This document shows positions 20,001 through 28,251 of a DNA stretch of 64,000 nt, piece by piece (positions within the stretch are counted from its first letter, which is position 1; each line of letters starts with the position of its first letter). Position numbers and translations under genes: made by a program. The notes below the pieces were generated by a model, which was not told where the DNA came from, did not search any database, and saw only the letters and a list, made by a program, of their open reading frames with translations. Source of the DNA: Candidatus Poribacteria bacterium (GTDB lineage Bacteria; Poribacteria; WGA-4E; GCA-2687025). The stretch spans positions 3,584,001 to 3,648,000 of the forward strand of contig OY762492.1 of the NCBI GenBank assembly GCA_963665845.2. The letters run 5' to 3'.

Positions 20001-22027
20001 TGGAACCGGCGCTGGAAACGATCTACGCCATCGAAGAAACCGGCAAAACGGCAGGGCTGGAACGCGCCCTCCGACACCTCGCCGCCGAAGCGGAGCGCAT
20101 CGCCGAAACCTACGCCGACATGGGAGCCGACCATGCAGGTCCCCTCTTCAACCGCGTCATGGGCAACCAGACCAGCGACGGCGCCTTCTTCACGCGGCCG
20201 GCGGCGGCATCCATCGCCGCCCGACTCACCCTGGACGCATGCGGAGACGCGGACTGGACAGACGCAAACGTGTGGAGAGAACACAAAACGGTCGACCTGG
20301 CATGCGGAAGCGGAACGCTCCTGACCGCCATGCTGACCGACATGAAACGGCGCGCCCAAGAGCAAGGCGCCAGAGAAGCGCTGATCGCCAACCTGCAAAA
20401 AATAGCGGTCGAGGAAACGATCAAGGGGCTGGACATCAACCCCGTATCGCTGCAACTGGCGGCGGCGCAGCTCACCGCGGGGAACCAGAACATACGATAC
20501 CGACAGATGGGGCTGCATCAGATGCCCTACGGACCGCAAGACGAAAACAGCGAACGGGTGTCGGCGGGGACGCTGGAATTGCTGTCGCAGAAGGCGATCC
20601 TGCCGCGCCAAGGAGAGCTGGACATACCGGACGAGCTGATCGAGTCGCAAACGGTGTGGGATCAGCATGAGGACGCCGAGCTGGAAGACGCCGTGGACGC
20701 CGCGAAAAACTGCCGCATCGTCATCATGAATCCGCCGTTCACGAACCGAGCGAATATGGGGCAAAAGTTTCCGAAGGAGACTCAACAGAAACTGCGCGCG
20801 CAAACTGACCGGCTGGAGAAAAAACTGATATTCAACGATTCTGAAATGGAACGTTTTGTCGATAAGAATTCCATCGCCCCTCTGTTCGTCGCTTTGGCAG
20901 ATTGCTGCTTGAATTCGGACGCGGCTGTGTTGTCCATGATACATCCGACAATAGCCTTGACGAATCCGTCGGGATTGAATGAACGACTGATTCTTGCTCA
21001 ACGCTACCATATTCACACCGTGGTTACCTGCCATCAGCCGGGACAGGTGAACATGAGTCAGAATACTGGAATCAATGAGAGCATCATCATCGCAACGCGG
21101 CATGAAGGTGCCGCCCCTTCTACAAGGTTCATCAATCTAGACAGAATGCCGCTTCAAGAAAGCGATGTAGACGATCTGCATCGCTGTCTGCTTGAATGCA
21201 AGGAAGGCGAAATCGGCAACGGATGGGGCGCGGCGTCCTACTGGAATGCAGACCGCATAAAAGCGGGCGACTGGACGCCTGCGATATGGAGGTCGCCTGA
21301 ATTGGCGGAGGCGGCTCATACATTCGCCAATCTTACTGGCATGGAAACGATCGAAAGCACACCCGGCCTATCGCCTGTGGAGACAGGCCGGGTGTTGCGC
21401 GGATCTTTCGAGAGCGCAATGCCCGACGAAGATGGCAGTTTTCTGATACTGAAATCGAAAAGCGCCGACGCTCAAACGCGGATTCAAAGTCAGCCTGACG
21501 AGCATTATATTTCGAAGAAACGCAGCGCCGCCGACACTAAAAAATTGTTGAATAAAGCGGGACATCTACTGATGACTGCAGGTCAAAATACATCAACTGG
21601 CCGTCTCACAGCGATCGCAAATGACAAGAGTTACGTGGGCAACGGCTGGATGCCGGTAACAGGATTGTCGGCGAAAGAAGCGAAAGCGCTAGCCGTGTTC
21701 ATTAACTCAACGCCAGGTCGACTGCAGCTGATGCGTAACCCTGGTCGTCTGCTGATATTTCCTACCTACAGCGTCGCGGAAGCCGGTAAGATCCGCATCC
21801 CCGACATCCAAGACGCGCGCGTCTGCGGCGTCTTAGCGGACTGCTGGGAAGCGACGCAAGCGATGGAGGTTCCTCAGTTCCGCGACGGTGAATGCGATGT
21901 TCGCGTTTTATGGGATGAGGCGGTCGCTTCGGCTCTGGGCTGGGATGCCGCCGAGTTGTCCCGCCTCCGCCGCCTTCTTCACAAGGAGCCGCATGTCCGC
22001 GGCCTCGGCTATAACCAATACGCCTGA
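17006..22027 (+). CDS. Type ISP-like single-chain restriction-modification enzyme (Mrr nuclease, SF2 helicase, N6-adenine methyltransferase, TRD)
   Basis: GIDVVA...IAIQCK (Mrr); PCGTGKT, DEAH, TATPR, QAVGRAMR (helicase); GAFFT, DLACGSG, NPPF (MTase). Confidence 0.9.
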   Translation: MQTPNGSDQAVQAALDKLNEKSSQQTDGKWLEEIAVKAGPHIRDWDVSECYYWGDWPDREKHFPGVKQVDIGIDVVAVSGSGEHIAIQCKARQLDEQGAGASVSKDEMAKFISASAHSFWAERWLVTNGSVPQSPQLKSLLNMQEKRTTWINIAYDLQLQQRPADEDACPHCEPNPDGEFRQQTKNCMQREAVENSVRILKEHEQSNSGGLPIGQARGRIILPCGTGKTRISLRIVEQLAAQGELAVILCPSIALVAQIRREYLQHANLPMRALAVCSDQTAGYDPKKEDSVIANEDPTIDRSNVSASEVKGKVTTKPMEIAEWITASDSENAVNVIFGTYQSGHRIAEALRQTETKAAVLIADEAHRTAGLKRKRSKSKTASEAEKRMRDFTLCHDNDAFPATYRVYQTATPRVYNTSKGADRNADYIVRSMDDERVFGVELYRKSYVEAVKNEWLSDYRIIALAINDPDAYEEANTLAKNTKSKGRRKLSSADYMRGLAFALAMGGAAQAAGDDGIKIESCIAFMNTVDKSKNMAQDLQSKAVKQWVQKWLHENSANGKRVSDYRLEHLDATSNVTERDHAKFKLATASEEKPHGIVNVGIFGEGTDSPSLNAVAFLEPRKSPIDVIQAVGRAMRTAPGKQFGYIVCPVVIPPNADPEQWLSASNMTEGWQELGQILLALRAHDQRIEEKLADLMLLYIPPAPEVQRTLVAIAMPESKRIQYRIHEGKPGEAEQAVKRVLDGKSAMSDEFSRIEKESSKEPSDAIGSVKEEPQQERKPVELTAIIAGKTNSGGAPEMRLASIQRDKPKSDGTPGKVNIEKSKTKAKNMINKSEGVRTQARKPNPKPAKRRTKEEIAEDSAQRLLELSGMGEYGRAICMNLLTKSGLRRNRIERDLNILEKSVSEAAFELQSDGLNEILDKHFGLDRLKKTPGKKAADGCTITSLLMMNAAMLHQRISNGGWLSQISPLSEVKHDTRVVQRICREWERIMRHDFRPVLEPALETIYAIEETGKTAGLERALRHLAAEAERIAETYADMGADHAGPLFNRVMGNQTSDGAFFTRPAAASIAARLTLDACGDADWTDANVWREHKTVDLACGSGTLLTAMLTDMKRRAQEQGAREALIANLQKIAVEETIKGLDINPVSLQLAAAQLTAGNQNIRYRQMGLHQMPYGPQDENSERVSAGTLELLSQKAILPRQGELDIPDELIESQTVWDQHEDAELEDAVDAAKNCRIVIMNPPFTNRANMGQKFPKETQQKLRAQTDRLEKKLIFNDSEMERFVDKNSIAPLFVALADCCLNSDAAVLSMIHPTIALTNPSGLNERLILAQRYHIHTVVTCHQPGQVNMSQNTGINESIIIATRHEGAAPSTRFINLDRMPLQESDVDDLHRCLLECKEGEIGNGWGAASYWNADRIKAGDWTPAIWRSPELAEAAHTFANLTGMETIESTPGLSPVETGRVLRGSFESAMPDEDGSFLILKSKSADAQTRIQSQPDEHYISKKRSAADTKKLLNKAGHLLMTAGQNTSTGRLTAIANDKSYVGNGWMPVTGLSAKEAKALAVFINSTPGRLQLMRNPGRLLIFPTYSVAEAGKIRIPDIQDARVCGVLADCWEATQAMEVPQFRDGECDVRVLWDEAVASALGWDAAELSRLRRLLHKEPHVRGLGYNQYA

Positions 22028-22057
22028 ATGACTCCCTCCCCACAGGGGGGTTTTCAG

Positions 22058-22885
22058 GACTCCCCCCTTGAAAAGGGGGGCTGGGGAGGTTTTCCGCGTC
22101 CGGCCCCGGCTACGTCATTCCCGCGCCCCCTCCTCGTCATTCCCGCGTAAGCGGGAATCTTAGGCGCCGCAAGGCGCCGTCCGCGTCCGGCCCCGGTACG
22201 TCATTCCCGCGTAAGCGGGAATCCAGAGTCATGCCCGACCCCGCCCGCGTCCGGCAATCACCGCCATCCCGCCCGCCGTTGTCTGAACTAGGATTGCCAA
22301 GATTGAAAAGATTGCCAAGAAATTCCCGAAATCGCTATCTTGGCAATCTTAATAATCCTTCCATCCTAGTTCAAAACCCTGACGCCGCGCGCCGCGCTGT
22401 CATGCGCGCGTCCGGCAATCACCGCCATCCCGCCCGCCGTCATTCCCGCGCCCCCAATGCGTCATTCCCGCGTAAGCGGGAATCCAGAGTCATGCCCGAC
22501 CCCGCCCGCGTCCGTCCGCCTCCTCCTCTGTCTGAACTAGGATTGCCAAGATTGAAAAGATTGCCAAGAAATTCCCGAAATCGCTGTCTTGGCAATCTTA
22601 ATAATCCTTCCATCCTAGTTCAAAACCCTGACGCCGCGCGCCGCGCTGTCATGCGCGCGTCCGGCAATCACCGCCATCCTACCCGCCGTCATTCCCGCGC
22701 CCCCAATGCGTCATTCCCGCGTAAGCGGGAATCCAGAGTATGCGCCGCCCCCGCCCGCGTCCGGACGCCATGCCTGCATCCCCAGCCCGTCATTCCCGCG
22801 TAAGCGGGAATCCAGAGGCATGCCCGACCCCGCCCGCGTCCGTCCGGACGCCATGCCCGCGCCCCCTACCAGTCGTCATTCCCGA
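22058..22885. repeat. Composite repeat cluster: REP-like palindromes and a 249-bp duplication carrying a ~90-bp palindromic element
   Basis: Many GTCATTCCCGCG(TAAGCGGGAATC) copies; TGAACTAGGAT...ATCCTAGTTCA at ~22284 and ~22533. Confidence 0.88.
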
Positions 22886-23930
22886 CAGAATAAACCTCGT
22901 CAAGAAAAAACGCGGGATAAAAAAGCGGCTTCTTGCCCTCGTTTAACGCCTTCACCGCCTGCTCTTTACTGCTGCAGTTTTCAACGGTAAACGGCAAAAC
23001 CTGCTTATTTTCACTACCCTCCCATGGTGAATAGTGGGATAGATTGCCATAATTATAGTAGTCAGATGCGGTGTCGTCCATGTTGTAGCTGTAATTTTTC
23101 ACGAAAAAATACTCTTCAACGCCTTGTACATACCTGCTACGGAAAGACGCATTCGCCTTGCGTTTCGGCTCATGCGCTATCAATATGCAATTTCCTTGCT
23201 CATCAGCGTATTTTTCTGTGGAATCATCTCCTTTAACTATATCGATGATGGAATCTGTGTGTAGGCTTGAAGCGTCTATCGATCCCGACATAGAAGGCGC
23301 CCACCTCTTAACGGAATAATTGTACATGCGATTGAATACGTCAAAGATGGTCTTGAAATCATAGCAGCATCGGTGTATTATATTATGCTGATAGCTATAT
23401 CGCTGCGTGTATGTTTTAATATCATCCAAACGTGATAAAAACCATTCAAACGTATTGGGGAAATATATTAGCTCCCGTTCCTGCACATTTACAGGGTCTT
23501 TACGCATCATTGCAAAACGTAAGAATTCCTGTTCCTGCACATATACTGCTACTGCTGGGTCTTTATATTCTATTTTAAGTCTTAGTTTCACCAATTCGCC
23601 AGCATAGAGCTTGGACAAGTCCCTGCGACTTGTTTCTAGTAGTTTAGCATAAATGTCATATAATTTATGACCGCCTGTTATTTTTGTGGTGTCTATAAAC
23701 TCTAACCCCTTTAGGATTTGTTCGAATGCATTATGCACATCAAAGATTATGCATGCGTCGTCAATGCGTCCATGAGTTAAAGTTAACCCTTGAACTATCG
23801 GTTCGGATTTGATCTTAAAGAGTATTTTCATATTGTTAGCAAACCCCGTTTCAGCTTTATTGTTGAAGCTGAGTGCCATGTCGTGCAACTTCACAGGATC
23901 GCATGTTTTCACAGGTTTTATCGGCGCCAT
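22866..23930 (-). CDS. Low-GC HEPN-like domain protein
   Basis: 354-aa ORF in a visibly AT-rich segment; AFEQILKG, GHKLYDIY and RYSYQH (RxxxxH) motifs. Confidence 0.55.
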   Translation of the reverse strand: MAPIKPVKTCDPVKLHDMALSFNNKAETGFANNMKILFKIKSEPIVQGLTLTHGRIDDACIIFDVHNAFEQILKGLEFIDTTKITGGHKLYDIYAKLLETSRRDLSKLYAGELVKLRLKIEYKDPAVAVYVQEQEFLRFAMMRKDPVNVQERELIYFPNTFEWFLSRLDDIKTYTQRYSYQHNIIHRCCYDFKTIFDVFNRMYNYSVKRWAPSMSGSIDASSLHTDSIIDIVKGDDSTEKYADEQGNCILIAHEPKRKANASFRSRYVQGVEEYFFVKNYSYNMDDTASDYYNYGNLSHYSPWEGSENKQVLPFTVENCSSKEQAVKALNEGKKPLFYPAFFLDEVYSVGNDDW

Positions 23931-24158
23931 ATCGTAGCCCTTTCAGGGTGAGCGGTCAATGCGCTGGCGACAAGCTTGCCCTGCCACCATGTCGTTAATG
24001 AGTATACGCTGTTCGGCGCGAAAAGGTTACCGCTTTTTTCAACGGCGACGGGCGCAGCAATTTCCCTGTCGCGCCCGCCGCTTGACAAACCCCTCCATCG
24101 TGTATCATCCTTTAACAGCCCATCATAAGGGCGTCGTCGGCATCGATTGGAGCAAAGC

Positions 24159-24656
24159 ATGGTTAAACGAATCGAACTTGAACGCGATCGGTTTTTAGCG
24201 CATCTAACATCGAAGAGTCTTGCTGCGGGCGGCGAATCGGTTGAATGCTGCCTTAAAGCGGTTGAGGTCAATCCTGAAAACGAAGGCGCGCATTATCGCT
24301 TAGCCGTTGCGTATGCGCGAGCCGGCGACCTTGAAGCCGCCCTGGAAAGCAGCGCTCAAGCGATCCGAATCCAGCCCGACTTCGCTGAAGCATATCTTCT
24401 GCGCGGGCTTGTGTATGAGCAGAAAGGCGAGCTGGAGCTTGCCCATGAGGACATCGCTACTGCTGTCCTCCTGAAGCCTGAACTTTACGATGAGCGGTTT
24501 GAACCGATCATGGAAAGCATCCGCGAAGAGGAAGCGGAGTGGGACGAACTCACCAGCCGGCCGGAAGCGAAGGCGCTGTTTGAGAAATGGGAAGCGGAAG
24601 CGATGGAGGAGTATCGAGCGGGGAAAACGAAGCCTTTGGATCCTGAGGATCTATGA
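24159..24656 (+). CDS. TPR-repeat protein with an antitoxin-like C-terminus
   Basis: TPRs (NPENEGAHYRLA, QPDFAEAYLLRG); tail EAEWDEL...EAMEEYRAGKTKPLDPEDL; ATGA overlap with the toxin. Confidence 0.8.
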   Translation: MVKRIELERDRFLAHLTSKSLAAGGESVECCLKAVEVNPENEGAHYRLAVAYARAGDLEAALESSAQAIRIQPDFAEAYLLRGLVYEQKGELELAHEDIATAVLLKPELYDERFEPIMESIREEEAEWDELTSRPEAKALFEKWEAEAMEEYRAGKTKPLDPEDL

Positions 24657-24925
24657 TGCGCTCGCGCATATGTTCTCGGTTTCGAAAGCAATTCAGGCGT
24701 CTTCCAAAGGAAGTCCGGCAACGGGCAAGGGAGGCATACCGACTATTTAAAACGAGCGAACGCTACCGCAACTTACGATTTAAAAAATTACAGGGTAGCA
24801 GCCGCAAATATTCGGTTCGTTTTTATAAAAAATACCGCGCTCTCGCCAGAAAAACGGATGAGGGCGACCTCGTATGGTATTCGATTGGATCGCATGCGAC
24901 ATACGACAAGGATATAAAAAGATAA
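24653..24925 (+). CDS. RelE/ParE-superfamily toxin
   Basis: Basic 90 aa: FRKQFRRLP.EVR..A..AY.LF, LRFKKL, YSVR...YRAL, WYSIGSHATYD. Confidence 0.85.
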   Translation: MMRSRICSRFRKQFRRLPKEVRQRAREAYRLFKTSERYRNLRFKKLQGSSRKYSVRFYKKYRALARKTDEGDLVWYSIGSHATYDKDIKR

Positions 24926-25021
24926 AAAGCTGTAGCGCCGCATGGTTTCCGCGCATCGAAAGTAGGCGATTGCGAGCGGGATCGTGTAGACTATGAGCGT
25001 CGGCAGCGATGGGAGGCGGAC

Positions 25022-25567
25022 ATGAGCGAACGAAGCGGAACGGAACGAAAACAGCATCGAGACCCTTGGAACGAACTGCGCGCCGCTCTCATCCAGGCGC
25101 AGGCGCAGCTGGCGCAGTTGGACGTTGAGCCTGAGCGGCGGGAGAACTGGACGCCTCTTCTCGATGGCGCATTGGAGGCGGTCAACAGGTTCAAGGCGCG
25201 TCAAAAAGAGATACCCGGTCTCCGCCGCGCCGCGGAGCGTCTGGCGGTGGAGGAATGCCGCGATGTCCGGACAGCTCTTGGATACGCGCTGAACGAGGCG
25301 CTGGAGCGTTTAGGCGATCTGGCAGTATTTCGGCGCGACATGCGCCGTCATGCCCTTTCGATAGAGGCGTCGGGCGAAGAAAAAAGCGGCTTTGCGGCGG
25401 CGCTGCTCTGTGTCAGTCGGTCGCTGGAGGCGTTGAAGATTGAGGCGATCAACGATGTTCTTCTGAAAATTCGGGCGGAGAATTCGATCCATGCCCTCCG
25501 CTATCTGCAGACTCGTATCAAAACCGGCGGGCGGACTTTCACTCGGGATGAAATGAATGAGCGTTGA
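25022..25567 (+). CDS. Extended VapB-like antitoxin, array unit 1
   Basis: 181 aa, helical; C-terminal GGRTFTRDEMNER overlaps the PIN start; GGAGG RBS. Confidence 0.75.
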   Translation: MSERSGTERKQHRDPWNELRAALIQAQAQLAQLDVEPERRENWTPLLDGALEAVNRFKARQKEIPGLRRAAERLAVEECRDVRTALGYALNEALERLGDLAVFRRDMRRHALSIEASGEEKSGFAAALLCVSRSLEALKIEAINDVLLKIRAENSIHALRYLQTRIKTGGRTFTRDEMNER

Positions 25568-26020
25568 GTATTTTTTGGATACGAATGTAATCATATACGT
25601 GTACGATGAGAAAGAAAATCAAAACAAAAGACAAAAGCGGAGGAATTAGTTATAACCGCGCTCACGCATCAGACGGGATGCGTCAGCTATCAGGTTGTGT
25701 TGGAGACGCTGCATGTCATGAAAACGAAACTAGGAACCGACGATAGGGATGCGAAGACCGCGCTGATTGAGGTTTTGATTCCGCTATGGAGAATCAACCC
25801 TGTCATGCAAAACCAGCAAACCGAACAGGTATTCATGGATTCGCAAATTTATGTGCGCGCTCTGGATATTTTCACCAGTCATGGCGTCCGTAACTACTAC
25901 GACTGCGTCGTCGCCGTAAACGCCATGGACGCCGGATGCGCGACGCTTTATACGGAAGACCGCCACCTGCTGCGCGTCCAGCGGATCGAAGATATGGACA
26001 TCGTCAACCCGTTCACCTAA
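25557..26020 (+). pseudogene. PIN/VapC toxin, unit 1, frameshifted (-1) near 25626
   Basis: MSVEYFLDTNVIIY stops at 25649; the -1 frame continues ...SYQVVLE...YDCVVA...LYTED...NPF. Confidence 0.85.
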
Positions 26021-26103
26021 AATAGGGGCTGAACTCAAAACAGGGAGCGGCGCAACTTGACAGCGCGTCATAAGGGCGTTGTCGGCAGCGATGGGAGGCG
26101 GAC

Positions 26104-26649
26104 ATGACCGAACGAAGCGGAACGGAACGAAAACAGCATCGAGACCCTTGGAACGAGCTGCGCGCCGCTCTCATCCAGGCGCAGGCGCAGCTGGCGCAAT
26201 TGGACGCGGCGCCTGAGCGTCGGGAGAACTGGACGCCTCTTCTCGATGGCGCGTTGGAGGCGGTCGACAGGTTCAAGGCGCGTCAAAAAGAGATACCCGG
26301 TCTCCGCCGCGCCGCGGAGCGTCTGGCGGTGGAGGAATGCCGCGACGCTCGGATGGCGTTCGGACGCGCCCTGAGAGAGTCGCTGGATCAATTGAGAACC
26401 CTGACCAAATTTAGAGGCGAAATGCGCCGTCACGCGCTCGCTTTAGAATCGTCGGGCGGAGAAAAAAACGGCTTTGCGGCGGCGCTGCTCCGAGTCAGTC
26501 GGTCGCTGGAAGCGGCGCCGATGGAAGACGCCGACAAGGCTCTTAATAAACTTCTGGGGGAGAATTCTGTCCAAATCGCCCGCTATCTGGGGACCCGAAT
26601 CAAAACGGGCGGACGTACCTTCACACGGGATGAAATGAATGAGCGTTGA
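26104..26649 (+). CDS. Extended VapB-like antitoxin, array unit 2
   Basis: Paralog of 25022..25567 with the same C-terminal tail. Confidence 0.75.
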   Translation: MTERSGTERKQHRDPWNELRAALIQAQAQLAQLDAAPERRENWTPLLDGALEAVDRFKARQKEIPGLRRAAERLAVEECRDARMAFGRALRESLDQLRTLTKFRGEMRRHALALESSGGEKNGFAAALLRVSRSLEAAPMEDADKALNKLLGENSVQIARYLGTRIKTGGRTFTRDEMNER

Positions 26650-27081
26650 CCATTTTTTGGACTCCAACATCGTCATTTACTACTACGACGATCAAAGTCC
26701 AAAAAAGAAAGCAAAAGCGAGGCGCATGGTGGACAGCGCGCTCAATAATCAAAACGGCTGCATCAGCTTCCAGGTCGTTCAAGAAACAATGTATGTCATC
26801 AGGAAAAGCTGCGGGTGGACGATAAAGACGCTGAAGCCATGCTGAATGACATACTGCTGCGACTTTGGCAAGCGAATCCTGTGCGGGAGACCGACCCGAC
26901 GCCGGAAATGTACAAGCGCGCTTTCGATCTCCATAAACGGGGCGGAATCGCCAATTTCTACGATTGCGTCATCGCCGTAAACGCTCTCGACGCCGGATGC
27001 GCCGCGCTCTACACCGAAGACGCGGGTCTGCTCCACGCCCAGCGGGTTGAGGATGTGGACATCGTCAACCCGTTCAACTAA
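26639..27081 (+). pseudogene. PIN/VapC toxin, unit 2, frameshifted (-1) at 26804-26807
   Basis: FLDSNIVIY...SFQVVQE in one frame; FYDCVIA...LYTED...NPF in the -1 frame. Confidence 0.85.
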
Positions 27082-27161
27082 AATTAGGCTGACTCAAACG
27101 GGGAGCGGCGCCATTTGACAGCGCGTCATAAGGGCGTCGTCGGCAGCAATAGGAGGCGGAC

Positions 27162-27698
27162 ATGACCGAACGAAGCGGAACGGAACGAAAACAGCATCGA
27201 GACCCTTGGAACGAACTGCGCGCCGCTCTCATCCAGGCGCAGGCGCAGCTGGACGCCGAGCATGAATGGCGGGAGGGCTGGGCGGACCTCCTCAATGGCG
27301 CATTGGAGGCGGTTGATAGGTTCACGGCGCGTCAAAAAGAGATACGCCGCCTCAACCCCATCGCTGAGCGTCTGGCGGTGGAGGAGTGCCGCGATGCCCG
27401 GCTAGAGCTTGGATACGCCCTGAACGAAGCGCTGGATCGATTGAGGTCCTTGACCAAATTTCGGAGCGAAATGCGCCGTCATGCGCTCGCTCTAGAATCG
27501 TCGGGCGGAGAAAAAAGCGGCTTTGCGGCGGCGCTGCTCCGCGTCAGTCGGTCGCTGGAAGCGGCGAAGATCGAAGACGCCTACAAGGTTGTTGATGAAA
27601 TTCAGAGGGAGAATTCGCTCCAGAGCCTTCGGTATCTGGAGACCCAAATCAAAACGGGCGGACGTACCTTCACACGGGATGAAATGAATGAGCGTTGA
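27162..27698 (+). CDS. Extended VapB-like antitoxin, array unit 3
   Basis: Paralog, 178 aa, same tail. Confidence 0.75.
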   Translation: MTERSGTERKQHRDPWNELRAALIQAQAQLDAEHEWREGWADLLNGALEAVDRFTARQKEIRRLNPIAERLAVEECRDARLELGYALNEALDRLRSLTKFRSEMRRHALALESSGGEKSGFAAALLRVSRSLEAAKIEDAYKVVDEIQRENSLQSLRYLETQIKTGGRTFTRDEMNER

Positions 27699-28130
27699 CC
27701 ATTTTTTGGACTCCAACATCGTCCTCTACTACTATGACGATCAAAGTCCAAAAAAGAAAGAAACAGCGAGGCGCATGGTGGACAGCGCGCTCAATAATCA
27801 AAACGGCTGCGTCAGCTATCAGATCGTTCAAGAAACAATGTATGTCGTCCGGAAAAGCTGCGGGTGGACGATACGACCGCCGACTTCATGCTGAATAACA
27901 TACTGCTGCGGCTTTGGCAAGCGAATCCCGTGTGGGAAACCGACCCGACGCCGGAAATGTACAAGCGCGCTTTTGATCTCCACAAACGGCGCGGAATCGC
28001 CAATTTCTACGATTGCGTCATCGCCGTAAACGCTCTCGACGCCGGATGCGCCGCGCTCTATACCGAAGACGCGGGTCTGCTCCATGCCCAGCGTATCGAG
28101 GATGTGGACGTCGTCAACCCGTTCACTTAA
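27688..28130 (+). pseudogene. PIN/VapC toxin, unit 3, frameshifted (-1) at 27853-27856
   Basis: Same split position as unit 2. Confidence 0.85.
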
Positions 28131-28151
28131 AATAGAGGCTGAACAAAGCGG

Positions 28152-28251
28152 CATAAGGGCGTTGTCGGCAGCGATAGGAGGCGGACATGACCGAACGAAG
28201 CGGAACGGAACGAAAACAGCATCGAGACCCTTGGAACGAACTGCGCGCCGC
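28152..28251 (+). pseudogene. Truncated fourth array unit (leader and first ~21 codons of the antitoxin)
   Basis: CATAAGGGCGTTGTCGGCAGCGATAGGAGGCGGACATGACCGAACGAAGC...GAACTGCGCGCCGC, then similarity ends. Confidence 0.85.

Noticed and set aside
22231-22803. 190-aa repetitive ORF
   Set aside because: Translation of the intergenic repeat cluster
26699-26710. Canonical A AAA AAG slippery heptamer in PIN units 2 and 3 as the repair site
   Set aside because: A -1 shift here meets TAA about 14 codons later, so it cannot produce full-length toxin
26020-28190. Integron attC sites between array units
   Set aside because: GCTGAAC and GTTGTCG are not complementary R boxes, no convincing hairpin, no integrase
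25022-28251. Diversity-generating retroelement as the source of variation
   Set aside because: Differences are not adenine-specific and no reverse transcriptase is in the window
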